Source: Candidatus Oxydemutatoraceae bacterium (GTDB taxonomy: Bacteria > Pseudomonadota > Gammaproteobacteria > Poriferisulfidales > Oxydemutatoraceae). Taken from it: a stretch of 64,000 nt of DNA. The DNA is taken from positions 1,388,769 through 1,452,768 of the forward strand of contig OZ244779.1 of the NCBI GenBank assembly GCA_965219575.1. The letters run 5' to 3'. The first letter of the stretch is position 1. Each line of letters begins with the position of its first letter. Shown one piece after another: positions 50,384 to 59,803 of this stretch. Below the pieces are notes generated by a model, which was not told where the DNA came from, made no database searches, and saw nothing but the letters and a program-made list of their open reading frames with translations. The position numbers and the translations under genes are program-made.

Positions 50384-53300
50384 ATGCCGAAACATACCGA
50401 ATACGCTTTTGAGACTGCGATTGAAACCGCGCTAACCGGTTCCGGTGGCTATGAGAAGCGTAGCCCCGATGCCTTTGATGAAACACTTGCGCTGTTCCCC
50501 GACGATGTTTGCGGTTTTCTCAAAGACAGCCAAGCTACAAAATGGAGATCACTTGAAATGTTGCTTGGAGAGAAAACCAATGCAACCGTGTTGGAAGACT
50601 TGTCGAAGGAATTGGAACTCAAGGGTACGCTTCACATTCTACGCCACGGCTTCAAGTGCTACGGCAAAACATTCCGCATGGCTTGGTTCCAACCGAACAC
50701 TGCTATGAATCCCGAAGCTGCCCAGAACTATGCTCGGAACCGGCTGACCGTTACTCGGCAAGTTGCTTTTACTTCGGTTCTGGGACATGCGGACGGTAAA
50801 AATCGCCGTTGCATTATTGATGTTGCACTTTCCGTTAACGGCATTCCCGTCGTCACTGCCGAACTTAAGAACCCGCTAACCGGGCAATGCGCCGCTGATG
50901 CAAAACACCAATATATGAATGAGCGAAGTGGGAATGATTTGCTCTTTGATTTCAAAAAACGAGCACTGGTTCATTTCGCAGTGGATGCGGACGAAGTATG
51001 GATGACAACTCGCTTAGAGGGCAAGGAAACCTCTTTCCTACCTTTCAACCGGGGCAATAATCATGCAGCAGGCAATCCGCCGGTTGAAGGAAACCACAAG
51101 ACACATTATCTATGGGATGAGGTACTGCAGGCTGATAGCCTATTAGATATCTTGCAACGTTTCATGCACCTTGAGGTCAAGGAGAAGTATGTCAGACTCT
51201 ACGAGGGTATGCAAACCGATAAGAGAGAGACGATGATATTCCCACGCTATCACCAACTTGATGTGGTTCGGAAACTGGTCGCACATGCAAAGGTTCATGG
51301 TGCAGGGCGGAATTATCTAATCCAACATTCGGCTGGTTCGGGTAAATCAAACTCAATTGCATGGCTTGCACATCGATTGGCTAGCCTGCATGACGAGCAT
51401 GACGAAAAAGTGTTTCATTCCGTTGTCGTAGTGACCGACCGGCGCGTATTAGATCAACAGCTACAAGAAACGATATACCAATTTGAACACAAGACCGGCG
51501 TAGTGGAGAAGATTGACGAAAACACACAACAACTCGCCCGCGCCTTATCCCACGGTACGCCTATCGTCATTACCACCATACAGAAATTCCCTTTCATCTC
51601 GCGTGCGCTGACAACCCTTGAGAATAAGGGAGACGACATAAAAATCAATACTGCAGGTAAACGCTTTGCCGTCATCGTTGATGAAGCACACTCATCTCAG
51701 AGCGGAGAAACTGCGGCTACTCTTAGAGGTATGTTGAACAAGGAGGGAATCGAGGCTGCCATTGCCGCCCAACTTTCCGAAGAGGAAGATAGCGACCTCT
51801 CCGATGATGCAAAGGCAGCGATACTACGCGATGCACTGAAGCGGAGACGCCAGCCTAATATCAGTTTTTTTGCTTTTACAGCCACACCCAAATTTAAGAC
51901 CAAAGCCTTGTTTGACGAACCCGGTCCGTCCGGTGCATCTCCGTTTCACGAGTACACCATGCGGCAAGCCATTGAGGAAGGTTTCATCATGGATGTGCTT
52001 CAAAACTATACCACCTATAAACGTTTCTTTGGTCTAATCAAACAGATTGAGAGTGATCCCGATGTGCCTCGCAGAGAGGCTGCAAAGGCTCTCATGCGCT
52101 ATCAAGAGCTTCATCCTGTCAATATAGAGCAACTCATCTCGGTGATTGTTGAGCATTTTTGGCTTAAAGTGAAAAACGAGATCGGCGGACGCGCAAAGGC
52201 TATGGTAGTCACAAACTCTCGCCTCGCTGCCGTAAAATACAAACTTGCCTTTGATCGCTATATTCAAGACCGAGAATATCCCGGCATTCATTCTCTGGTA
52301 GCTTTCTCAGGCACGGTTTCGGATCCGGACATTCCCGGATCGTCGTATACCGAAGTAGCAATGAACGGTGGCATTGCTGAAACCGAGTTGCCGGATGCCT
52401 TCGCAGGAAACGATTATCAAGTTCTTTTAGTTGCAGAAAAGTATCAGACCGGATTTGATCAACCCTTATTGCAGACAATGTATGTGGTTAAGAAGTTGGC
52501 AGGTGTCCAAGCGGTTCAGACTCTCTCAAGGCTCAACCGCGTCACACCCGGTAAATCGCGTATCTTCGTTCTGGATTTCGCTAACGAAGAAGAAGACATC
52601 TACGAAGCATTCAAACCTTATTATGAGACGACACCTATCGGAAAGAATGCCGAACCGCATCGACTTTCCGAACTGCAGCATCGTCTGCTTGGATGGGCTA
52701 TATTCACGCAAGCCGATGTATATGCATTCGCCGAAGTTTGGTATCGTGGTAAGAACCATTCGGTTAGCGATCATCCTCAAATAAACGCTATTCTTGATGC
52801 TGTTGTCCAACGCTTCAAGAGTCGCAAGGAAGAAGAACAAGAACAGTTTTTTGGACAGTTGACGGCTTATAGAGGTCTCTACGCTTTCCTATCACAAATC
52901 ATCCCTTATGCCGATACCGATCTTGAGCAGCTTTACACCTTCGTGAGAAATCTCTTGATGAAACTGCCGCCGATTGATGGCAAAGCCTTTGCTCTAGATG
53001 ACAAAGTTGCATTGCAATACTTTCGAATGCAGCAAATATCCGAGAATTCTATTAAGCTGGCAGAGGGTGTGGCGGAACCCTTGAAAGGACCGACCGATGT
53101 CGGCACCGGTCGCACTAAAGATCAAGAGGTGACACTTTCAAGTTTGATCGACCGCCTCAATGAACGTTTTGGCACGAACTTTACTATGGCAGATCAGTTG
53201 TTCTTCGATCAGATACAGACTTCGGCAGAGAACAACCAGAATATTGTTGAAGCAGTGCATGCTAATAATTTTGCAGACTTTGTTTCGTATCTAGACACCG

Positions 53301-53446
53301 CTCTAAACGATCTATTTATTAAGAGAAGGGAGGGTAACGAAGAGATATTTTCTAAGATTATGTCGGACTCCGAATTCCGTTCAATCGTACATAAACATCT
53401 TGCGCAAGAGATTTTTAATCGGGTTCGCGAAAAACAATCCTCCTGA
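50384..53446 (+). CDS. hsdR: Type I R-M restriction subunit
   Basis: D...NGIPVVTAELKN nuclease motif; HSAGSGKS, DEAHSSQ, FTATP, QTGFDQP, QTLSRLNR helicase motifs. Confidence 0.95.
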   Translation: MPKHTEYAFETAIETALTGSGGYEKRSPDAFDETLALFPDDVCGFLKDSQATKWRSLEMLLGEKTNATVLEDLSKELELKGTLHILRHGFKCYGKTFRMAWFQPNTAMNPEAAQNYARNRLTVTRQVAFTSVLGHADGKNRRCIIDVALSVNGIPVVTAELKNPLTGQCAADAKHQYMNERSGNDLLFDFKKRALVHFAVDADEVWMTTRLEGKETSFLPFNRGNNHAAGNPPVEGNHKTHYLWDEVLQADSLLDILQRFMHLEVKEKYVRLYEGMQTDKRETMIFPRYHQLDVVRKLVAHAKVHGAGRNYLIQHSAGSGKSNSIAWLAHRLASLHDEHDEKVFHSVVVVTDRRVLDQQLQETIYQFEHKTGVVEKIDENTQQLARALSHGTPIVITTIQKFPFISRALTTLENKGDDIKINTAGKRFAVIVDEAHSSQSGETAATLRGMLNKEGIEAAIAAQLSEEEDSDLSDDAKAAILRDALKRRRQPNISFFAFTATPKFKTKALFDEPGPSGASPFHEYTMRQAIEEGFIMDVLQNYTTYKRFFGLIKQIESDPDVPRREAAKALMRYQELHPVNIEQLISVIVEHFWLKVKNEIGGRAKAMVVTNSRLAAVKYKLAFDRYIQDREYPGIHSLVAFSGTVSDPDIPGSSYTEVAMNGGIAETELPDAFAGNDYQVLLVAEKYQTGFDQPLLQTMYVVKKLAGVQAVQTLSRLNRVTPGKSRIFVLDFANEEEDIYEAFKPYYETTPIGKNAEPHRLSELQHRLLGWAIFTQADVYAFAEVWYRGKNHSVSDHPQINAILDAVVQRFKSRKEEEQEQFFGQLTAYRGLYAFLSQIIPYADTDLEQLYTFVRNLLMKLPPIDGKAFALDDKVALQYFRMQQISENSIKLAEGVAEPLKGPTDVGTGRTKDQEVTLSSLIDRLNERFGTNFTMADQLFFDQIQTSAENNQNIVEAVHANNFADFVSYLDTALNDLFIKRREGNEEIFSKIMSDSEFRSIVHKHLAQEIFNRVREKQSS

Positions 53447-53667
53447 TATTTAAGTATTACTGTGCCGAATGGCACGGCTGTTGCGTCCGTCATTATTCCT
53501 TTTCTTTGGAGGAGTGGCAGGCGCAGCCTGACAGGGTGGTTACAATACTACGCGCCACTCGATTTGTAGTTTTGCAAACCGAATGATTTATACTATCAAG
53601 CACATAGGATAGCTTTACATGCTTACCATAAACCACAACCGACAACGCAATTAAATTCAAGGAGGCT

Positions 53668-54537
53668 TTGATGTTGAAAAATAAAATTGAATCTATGAAA
53701 TCTGATTGGCACAAAAAATATAAGTCATGGATTCTACGGAAAACAAAATTTAAATCTATAAAGCGTTGGTGGTGCGAAAATATCAAACCCTATACACTAC
53801 TAGAATTGACTCTAAAATATCGAAAAATTTCTCTGGTTTTGGCAGGTACTTTTGGAATAGTGTTAGCGTGCTATGTGTATCAGTTTTTTTCCAATCAAGT
53901 TGATATCAATAAGACTGCCTTGCATGGTAGTTTAACTATTTTAGCCTTAGGCTTGCCTACCTTTTTTATACTTTGGTTATTTAGAACCCATGATGTTCAA
54001 GAAAATATAAATAATAGCACCTTTTTTGAATGTGCGAGAATGCTGACAGAAAAATATCCAGAAAAGAACATAGAAGAGAAATTTCCAATACTAGCTGATG
54101 AAACAGGTATTCCTCCTCATATATTGGAAAAATCTTTACCAACAAAAATAGCACTTGAGCAACTCGCATATCTCAGAAGAGAAACTGGTTTTGACAAAGA
54201 AAGAATAGAACTCGTTACTCAGCAACTTAAATTGGGTAAAATGTATTTAGTAGGTGCTCGCTTAAGCGGTTTGAATTTAACTAGAGCCGTTTTATATGAT
54301 ACCCGGTTAAGTTTTGCCGATTTGAGTTATGCTAATTTGACTAGCTCTCTTTTGGATAAAGCTGATCTAGGAGGTGCTAAACTAATGGGGGCTAATCTGA
54401 CAAATACGGATACTAGAGAAACCATATTGAGTGGTGCTAAGTATGATAAAAACACTACTTTCAACTCTTGGCTTGATACCGAAGAAAAGCGTATTAAAGC
54501 AGGCATGGTTCCTTATGAACCCGAAGAACAAAAATAG
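53668..54537 (+). CDS. Membrane protein with C-terminal pentapeptide repeats
   Basis: Two hydrophobic segments; ADLSY/ANLTS/ADLGG/ANLTN repeats. Confidence 0.8.
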   Translation: MMLKNKIESMKSDWHKKYKSWILRKTKFKSIKRWWCENIKPYTLLELTLKYRKISLVLAGTFGIVLACYVYQFFSNQVDINKTALHGSLTILALGLPTFFILWLFRTHDVQENINNSTFFECARMLTEKYPEKNIEEKFPILADETGIPPHILEKSLPTKIALEQLAYLRRETGFDKERIELVTQQLKLGKMYLVGARLSGLNLTRAVLYDTRLSFADLSYANLTSSLLDKADLGGAKLMGANLTNTDTRETILSGAKYDKNTTFNSWLDTEEKRIKAGMVPYEPEEQK

Positions 54538-54637
54538 AAATTTTGCCTGCTAATTTATATAATGCTCATTATTCAATTTGAAAAAGAGTATAATTTTGCC
54601 TCCTAAAAAACCAATGACCGTATCAGCGAAAGCCTAA

Positions 54638-54832
54638 ATGATTAAAGCAAGATTCCAAAACATAGGTCCGATTAAAGATGCCGAATTAGAGCTAGGAGAT
54701 CTAACCATTATTGCCGGGCAAAATAATACCGGCAAAACCTATTTGGTTTATACACTTTATAGCCCTTGGGATTTTCAGAAAGACAATTTACTTAACCTTT
54801 TGTATAGGCCTGAAGACCACTCTGAAAAATAA
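54638..54832 (+). pseudogene. Truncated AAA/ABC ATPase (N-terminal Walker A only)
   Basis: QNIGPIKDAELELGDLTIIAGQNNTGKT, then unrelated sequence and a stop at 64 aa. Confidence 0.7.
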
Positions 54833-55749
54833 TGAATTTTCCCAGAACTTTGTATTACCGCAGGCGTGTGCTACTGGCAATTCTGGCTCGCGGGAAAGGT
54901 CGCACGGAGAAAATCCGCCTGCAAAAGTTACTCTTTCTATTTACCCAACATCAAGAGAAGCCGATTTATCATTTCTTACCGTATAAGTACGGGTGTTATT
55001 CATTTCAAGCTAACGAAGATGCTCGGATACTCGCCGATTATTATCGGTTGTTGGCAATAACGAAAAACGACAAAGCATACATTGTAAATAGTAAGAAAAT
55101 TAAAGGGATGATCAACTTGAAACCTGAGGATGAAGAGTGTCTAGACGCTATATTTGATGCGTATGGAAAACTTTCCAATGATGCCCTTATCTACGAGGTA
55201 TATAGAAAGTATCCGTACTACGCAATCAATAGCGAGCTTCTGGACAAACCGAAATTTAAACCGTTGCGCCGTTATATATCTAAAGAAAAACCACAGATCA
55301 AAAATAAACATTTAACGCTTTACACCATAGGTTACGAAGGAAAAAGCATAGAACAATATCTGAGAGGTTTAATCGATAACGGCATCTCTGCACTGATAGA
55401 TGTGAGGTATAATCCTTTCAGCATGAAAAAAGGCTTTTCCAAAAAACAACTACAAGATATAACCGGCAGGTTCGGAATAGCTTATATCCATATCCCGGAA
55501 TTAGGCATTAAGGGAAATTTGCGAAAGAATATAAAACCTCGCACCGAATATAATCAACTGTTCAATCAATACCGAAAAACCTTAAGCCAAACCGATAAAG
55601 AGCAAGCATTGCAGGATGTAGTGAAAATCATTCGGCAACACCGAAGAGTTGCTATCACTTGCTTTGAGCAAGATCACACATGCTGTCACCGCAATCATGT
55701 GGCAGAGGCAATAGCCGACAAACACAAAATAATCATTCGGCACTTGTAA
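54832..55749 (+). CDS. DUF488-domain protein with N-terminal wHTH/SocA-like domain
   Basis: LQKLLFL..F.PYKYGCYS; YTIGYEG, DVR.NPFS.KKGFSK, CFE.D...CHR. Confidence 0.75.
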   Translation: MNFPRTLYYRRRVLLAILARGKGRTEKIRLQKLLFLFTQHQEKPIYHFLPYKYGCYSFQANEDARILADYYRLLAITKNDKAYIVNSKKIKGMINLKPEDEECLDAIFDAYGKLSNDALIYEVYRKYPYYAINSELLDKPKFKPLRRYISKEKPQIKNKHLTLYTIGYEGKSIEQYLRGLIDNGISALIDVRYNPFSMKKGFSKKQLQDITGRFGIAYIHIPELGIKGNLRKNIKPRTEYNQLFNQYRKTLSQTDKEQALQDVVKIIRQHRRVAITCFEQDHTCCHRNHVAEAIADKHKIIIRHL

Positions 55750-55790
55750 GATATGAGGTTTTTGAAAAAGTATGGGGTGTTGAAAAAATG

Positions 55791-56041
55791 AGGCTGCTGA
55801 AAAAGTATTTCATACAATGTAGGGGCGGACTTGCATGTCCGCCCGTAACGCGTTGGCCGGCACGATTTATACATTCATTCAACCGATTTATGGAAACCAA
55901 AACCAAATGGCGTAAGCGGTTGAGTTTGTACAGAACGGTACTTAAGGGCAGACACACAGGTCTGCCCCTACGACTTTGTGGTTATCATAATTATGTGGCG
56001 CAAGCGGTTGGATTTATGCAGTGCCAATACTTTTTCAACAG
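55791..56041. repeat. REP-containing MITE-like repeat copy (intact counterpart of the IS110-interrupted copy)
   Basis: GGCTGCTGAAAAAGTATTTCATACAATGTAGGGGCGGACTTGCATGTCCGCCCGTAACGCG...TTTTTCAACAG. Confidence 0.85.
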
Positions 56042-56256
56042 TCACACGATACAACCAGCCCATGGAAAGGCTTTACATTTTGTACTATGTACTAAGATTT
56101 CGCACAATGTTACGCCGATTGACCTACCGGCTCAATCGGCGGCTCTATTCTGCCCCTACGGCTCGGCGGTTTGCGTAAATCCACGGCACAGGCGGTTCTG
56201 TTCGTGCAAAACATTATTTTTCTAACAGCTCCAACATTGATACACAGGATGCGCTA

Positions 56257-56940
56257 ATGAGACAGATTGCATTGGATACCGAGACGACCGGGCTTGAGGT
56301 CAGGGATGGGCATCGGATTTTGGAGATAGGGTGTGTTGAGATTATAGACCGCGGTATCAGCGAGCGGACTTTTTATTCTAAGGTGAATCCCAAGCGTGAG
56401 GTGAGCGAAGGTGCGCGACGGGTGCACGGTTATACTTGGGAGATGCTCAAGGGGAGTCCGCTGTTTGGCAGTGTATGCGACGAGTTTTTGAAATTCGCTC
56501 AGGGTAGCGAGGTGCTGATACATAATGCGCCGTTTGATTTGGGTTTTCTGGATGCCGAGTTGGCGCGTCTAAATCGTGGCACTTTTATACAGGAGACGGG
56601 TTGCACCATCATTGACACAGTGGAACTTGCTAAGAAAGTGCATGTCGGTTCGTCTTATTCTTTGAATGCGCTTAGCGATCACTATCAGATTGATAGAAGT
56701 CATCGCGAGTTGCACGGTGCGTTGATAGATGCGGATTTATTGGCGCAGGTTTATTTAGCTATGACGAGCGGGCAGACGAGTATATCCTTCGCCGGTGAAC
56801 CGCAAGTTGATAGGCATGAAGTTGTTGCCGCCGACGAGAAAGAGGAGGTTTTGTCCGACAAGGGCTTGATAGTGATTAAGGCAACCGAGGACGAATTGAA
56901 TCGCCACGAACAGTTTTTAGCGGCAAAGTTTGCGAAATAG
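56257..56940 (+). CDS. dnaQ: DNA polymerase III epsilon subunit
   Basis: LDTETTG, HNAPFD, HGALIDADLLA.VYLAMTSGQ. Confidence 0.95.
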   Translation: MRQIALDTETTGLEVRDGHRILEIGCVEIIDRGISERTFYSKVNPKREVSEGARRVHGYTWEMLKGSPLFGSVCDEFLKFAQGSEVLIHNAPFDLGFLDAELARLNRGTFIQETGCTIIDTVELAKKVHVGSSYSLNALSDHYQIDRSHRELHGALIDADLLAQVYLAMTSGQTSISFAGEPQVDRHEVVAADEKEEVLSDKGLIVIKATEDELNRHEQFLAAKFAK

Positions 56941-56971
56941 TCGTAGGAGGGGAATGGGCAGCACCATGTTT

Positions 56972-57358
56972 GTGTTGAAAAAATATTGTTCCGCAAAACC
57001 GTAACTGCTTCGCGCCATTAAGTTTACGATAACCACCGAGTCGTAGGGGCAGACCTGTGTGTCTGCCCAAAACGATACCGCTCTGTACAAACTCAACCGC
57101 TTGCGCCATTTGGTTTTGGTTTCCATAAATCGGGTGAATGAATGTATAAATCGTGCATGCGCAACGCGTTACGGGCGGACATGCTAGTCCGCCCCTACGG
57201 CGGTTTGTAAATATTCACGGCGCAAGCGGTTGCAGTTGTGCAAAAACAGTGCTTTTCAACTTACGGGCGGACATGCTAGTCCGCCCCTACGGCGGTTTGT
57301 AAATATTCACGGCGCAAGCGGTTGCAGTTGTGCAAAAACAGTGCTTTTTCAACAGCCC
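56972..57358. repeat. REP-containing MITE-like repeat copy with internal ~92-bp tandem duplication
   Basis: TGTTGAAAAAA...TTTTTCAACAGCCC termini; 57169-57260 duplicated at 57261-57353. Confidence 0.85.
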
Positions 57359-57445
57359 CACGCCAAGCCTCTACATTTCGTAGCTTACATCGTGGTTCAG
57401 CACAATGTTACGCCACTTGCCCAACTGGAGCAAGTGGCGGTTCCA

Positions 57446-58108
57446 TTATTCGTTTCCATGCAACACCGAGAACAGGTTCAGCAGATGCACGAATAGCACA
57501 TAGATGTTGGCGTAAAGCGATACGGTCATCATGACATAGTTGGTCTCGCCGCCGTGTATCATGCGGCTGGTGTCGTAGAGTATGAGTCCCGACATGATGA
57601 ATACCGCAACCGACGATATGGTCAGCGATAGCAACGGTATCGCTAAAAATAGATTGGCAACGATTGCAACGAGCAATATAATCAAGCCGGTGAACAGGAA
57701 ACTGCGCATGTAGCTGAAGTCTTTTCTAGTTGCCAAGGTATATGCGGAAAGTCCGACAAAAACCGCTGCAGTGGTGCCGAACGACATCATCACGATTTGC
57801 GGTCCGTTGCTTAGGCTCAAATAAAGACTCAGTATAGGTCCCAACACATAGCCCATGAATGCCGTGAACGCAAAGGTCAGCACCAACCCCCAAACGCTGT
57901 TGCGAAAGCGGTTGATGACAAACGGCATGCCGATGAATATTGCCAGCATCAGTAGCCAATTCACCGGGCGGGCACCGATATTCATTGCAACCGCAGCGGT
58001 GATTGTGCTGGTGAGCAGGGTTAGGGTAAGTAGCAGGTAGGTATTGCTAATAATCCGGCTATTCGCAAGACCTGCCCGCCTAGATTGAGAAATAACAACT
58101 TGTTCCAT
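57446..58108 (-). CDS. yccA: Bax inhibitor-1/YccA family membrane protein
   Basis: NTYLLL, FTAFMGY.LGPIL, RKDFS, ILYDTSRMIHGGETNY. Confidence 0.9.
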   Translation of the reverse strand: MEQVVISQSRRAGLANSRIISNTYLLLTLTLLTSTITAAVAMNIGARPVNWLLMLAIFIGMPFVINRFRNSVWGLVLTFAFTAFMGYVLGPILSLYLSLSNGPQIVMMSFGTTAAVFVGLSAYTLATRKDFSYMRSFLFTGLIILLVAIVANLFLAIPLLSLTISSVAVFIMSGLILYDTSRMIHGGETNYVMMTVSLYANIYVLFVHLLNLFSVLHGNE

Positions 58109-58198
58109 AATAAAAGCCTCCGATAGTTTAATTATGCAAATTATACCAAAATATGTACAATGCTTCTATAAGCAAATCCAATTATATAGTACTTAATC

Positions 58199-59428
58199 AT
58201 GAGAAAATTTTTGAAAATATCGTATTTGTTTGCCACAACGATTCTGATATGGGTTCTGTTCAATCCGAATTCAAGTGCGCATACACAGATGTTCGGTTAC
58301 GACGAACAGCTTTTTGAGACCAACGATTTATCTTGGCGTTTGATTGTGCCGTCGGGCTATACGCTCGAGCTATTGGTTGAGATGGAGAAACCGCGTATGT
58401 TAACAAGGACGGCAGGCGATGTACTTTTGGTAGGTTCGTCGGTAGGTGATATCTACCGTGTCAAGCCACCTTATGACAAAGTTGAGATCATTGCCGAGCC
58501 GGGAGGTTTCCCGCACAGCGTTACAGTACGCGACGGTGAATTGTTGGTCGGCATGACCAACGGTGTCTATCGTGCGCCGTATGAACCCGACGGCAACAAG
58601 CGGTTGGACGATGACGATTTTGAACTGGTCGCAGCGTTGCCGTCCGGTGGCGGGCATGCCAGTCGAACCGTAGCCGCAGGTCCCGACGGCAAAATCTATT
58701 TGGGGTTGGGTATCAGCGGTAACTGTAGCGATCAATATATAGGTGAAGGGTATAGTTTTGCCGAGCAGCGCGGTGGCATTTTGATACTTTCCGAATCAAA
58801 AAACGGATCCGCACAATGGAAACCTTATGCAACTGGTCTGCGCAATCCGATGGGTTTTGATTGGCATCCGAGCAGTGGTGTGCTTTATGCGAGCAATAAC
58901 GGTCCCGACCATCACGGCTATGAACTACCGTCCGAATACTTTAGTCGCATCGATTCCGGTTCTTTTCATGGGATGCCGTGGTTTTGGTTGAACGAGCGCA
59001 ACGAGTTGCTGGCGGATAATTGTATAAATAGTCCGCCACCGCGCAACGATGCACGGCCGCCGGTTGCGACTTTTCCGGCGCGTAGCGCGCCGATGGGTGT
59101 TGCTTTTGTTCCGCAAGGTGCGTTGCAACCGGAAATGGTCGGCAGTGCCGTTGTTGCGATACACGGTTCGTGGGCAACGAAACCGAGAGGTGGCTATTTC
59201 GGAAGTAAGGCAACCCGCAGACCGCCTCGTGTTGTATTGGTACACTTTAGAGAGGGTGAAGCGTCCGAAGTTATGCCGTTGATCGAAGACTTGCAAGATG
59301 ACGCAGGGGATCGTCTGATGCGTCCTATGGGTGTTGCTTTTGCATCGGACGGTGCGCTTTATTTCACCAGCGACGGTGGAATCATCGAAGGGTTGTTCAG
59401 ATTGCGACGCCAAACGGATAAACCTTGA
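58199..59428 (+). CDS. PQQ-dependent sugar/sorbosone dehydrogenase-like beta-propeller protein
   Basis: GGGH.SRT, ATGLRNPMG.DWHP, HGMPW, SAPMG, HGSW, RPMGV..A.DGALY. Confidence 0.75.
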   Translation: MRKFLKISYLFATTILIWVLFNPNSSAHTQMFGYDEQLFETNDLSWRLIVPSGYTLELLVEMEKPRMLTRTAGDVLLVGSSVGDIYRVKPPYDKVEIIAEPGGFPHSVTVRDGELLVGMTNGVYRAPYEPDGNKRLDDDDFELVAALPSGGGHASRTVAAGPDGKIYLGLGISGNCSDQYIGEGYSFAEQRGGILILSESKNGSAQWKPYATGLRNPMGFDWHPSSGVLYASNNGPDHHGYELPSEYFSRIDSGSFHGMPWFWLNERNELLADNCINSPPPRNDARPPVATFPARSAPMGVAFVPQGALQPEMVGSAVVAIHGSWATKPRGGYFGSKATRRPPRVVLVHFREGEASEVMPLIEDLQDDAGDRLMRPMGVAFASDGALYFTSDGGIIEGLFRLRRQTDKP

Positions 59429-59452
59429 TGGTTTTGTTCGTGCAGAGCAGTT

Positions 59453-59661
59453 GGGGCTGTTGAAAAAGTGCGGCATCGTACGAATCCAATCACTTGCGCC
59501 ATTTGGTTTTGGTTTCCATAAATTGGATGGATGAAATGTATAAATCGTGTAGGCACAACGCGTTACGGGCGGACATGTTAGTCCGCCCCTACGGGTGGTT
59601 TGCAAATATTCACAGCGCAAGCGGTTACGATTGCGCCGAGACGATACTTTTTCAACAGCCC
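59453..59661. repeat. REP-containing MITE-like repeat copy
   Basis: GGGCTGTTGAAAAAGT...ACTTTTTCAACAGCCC terminal inverted repeats; GGGCGGACATGTTAGTCCGCCCCTAC hairpin. Confidence 0.88.
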
Positions 59662-59803
59662 TAGTATTTCAGGGGGCATATTAGCTTTCTCTACAATGGT
59701 TTGCGTAATTGTTTCGGGGTTATTTGCTCAGTCCGGCGGCACAATGCCACCCGATATTAAGTTGGAAATTTGGAGATATTGATAGAATAACTTTCCTCTG
59801 TAT

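Noticed and set aside
55680-56225. 181-aa ORF and similar short ORFs (37369-37551, 38987-39181, 41708-41987, 56876-57534, 59359-59556)
   Set aside because: They are translations of the MITE/REP repeat (recurring METKTKWRKRL peptides) with no independent coding evidence.
37278-59661. Recurring palindromic repeats as a CRISPR array
   Set aside because: Copies are dispersed, have no regular repeat-spacer periodicity, and no cas genes are present.
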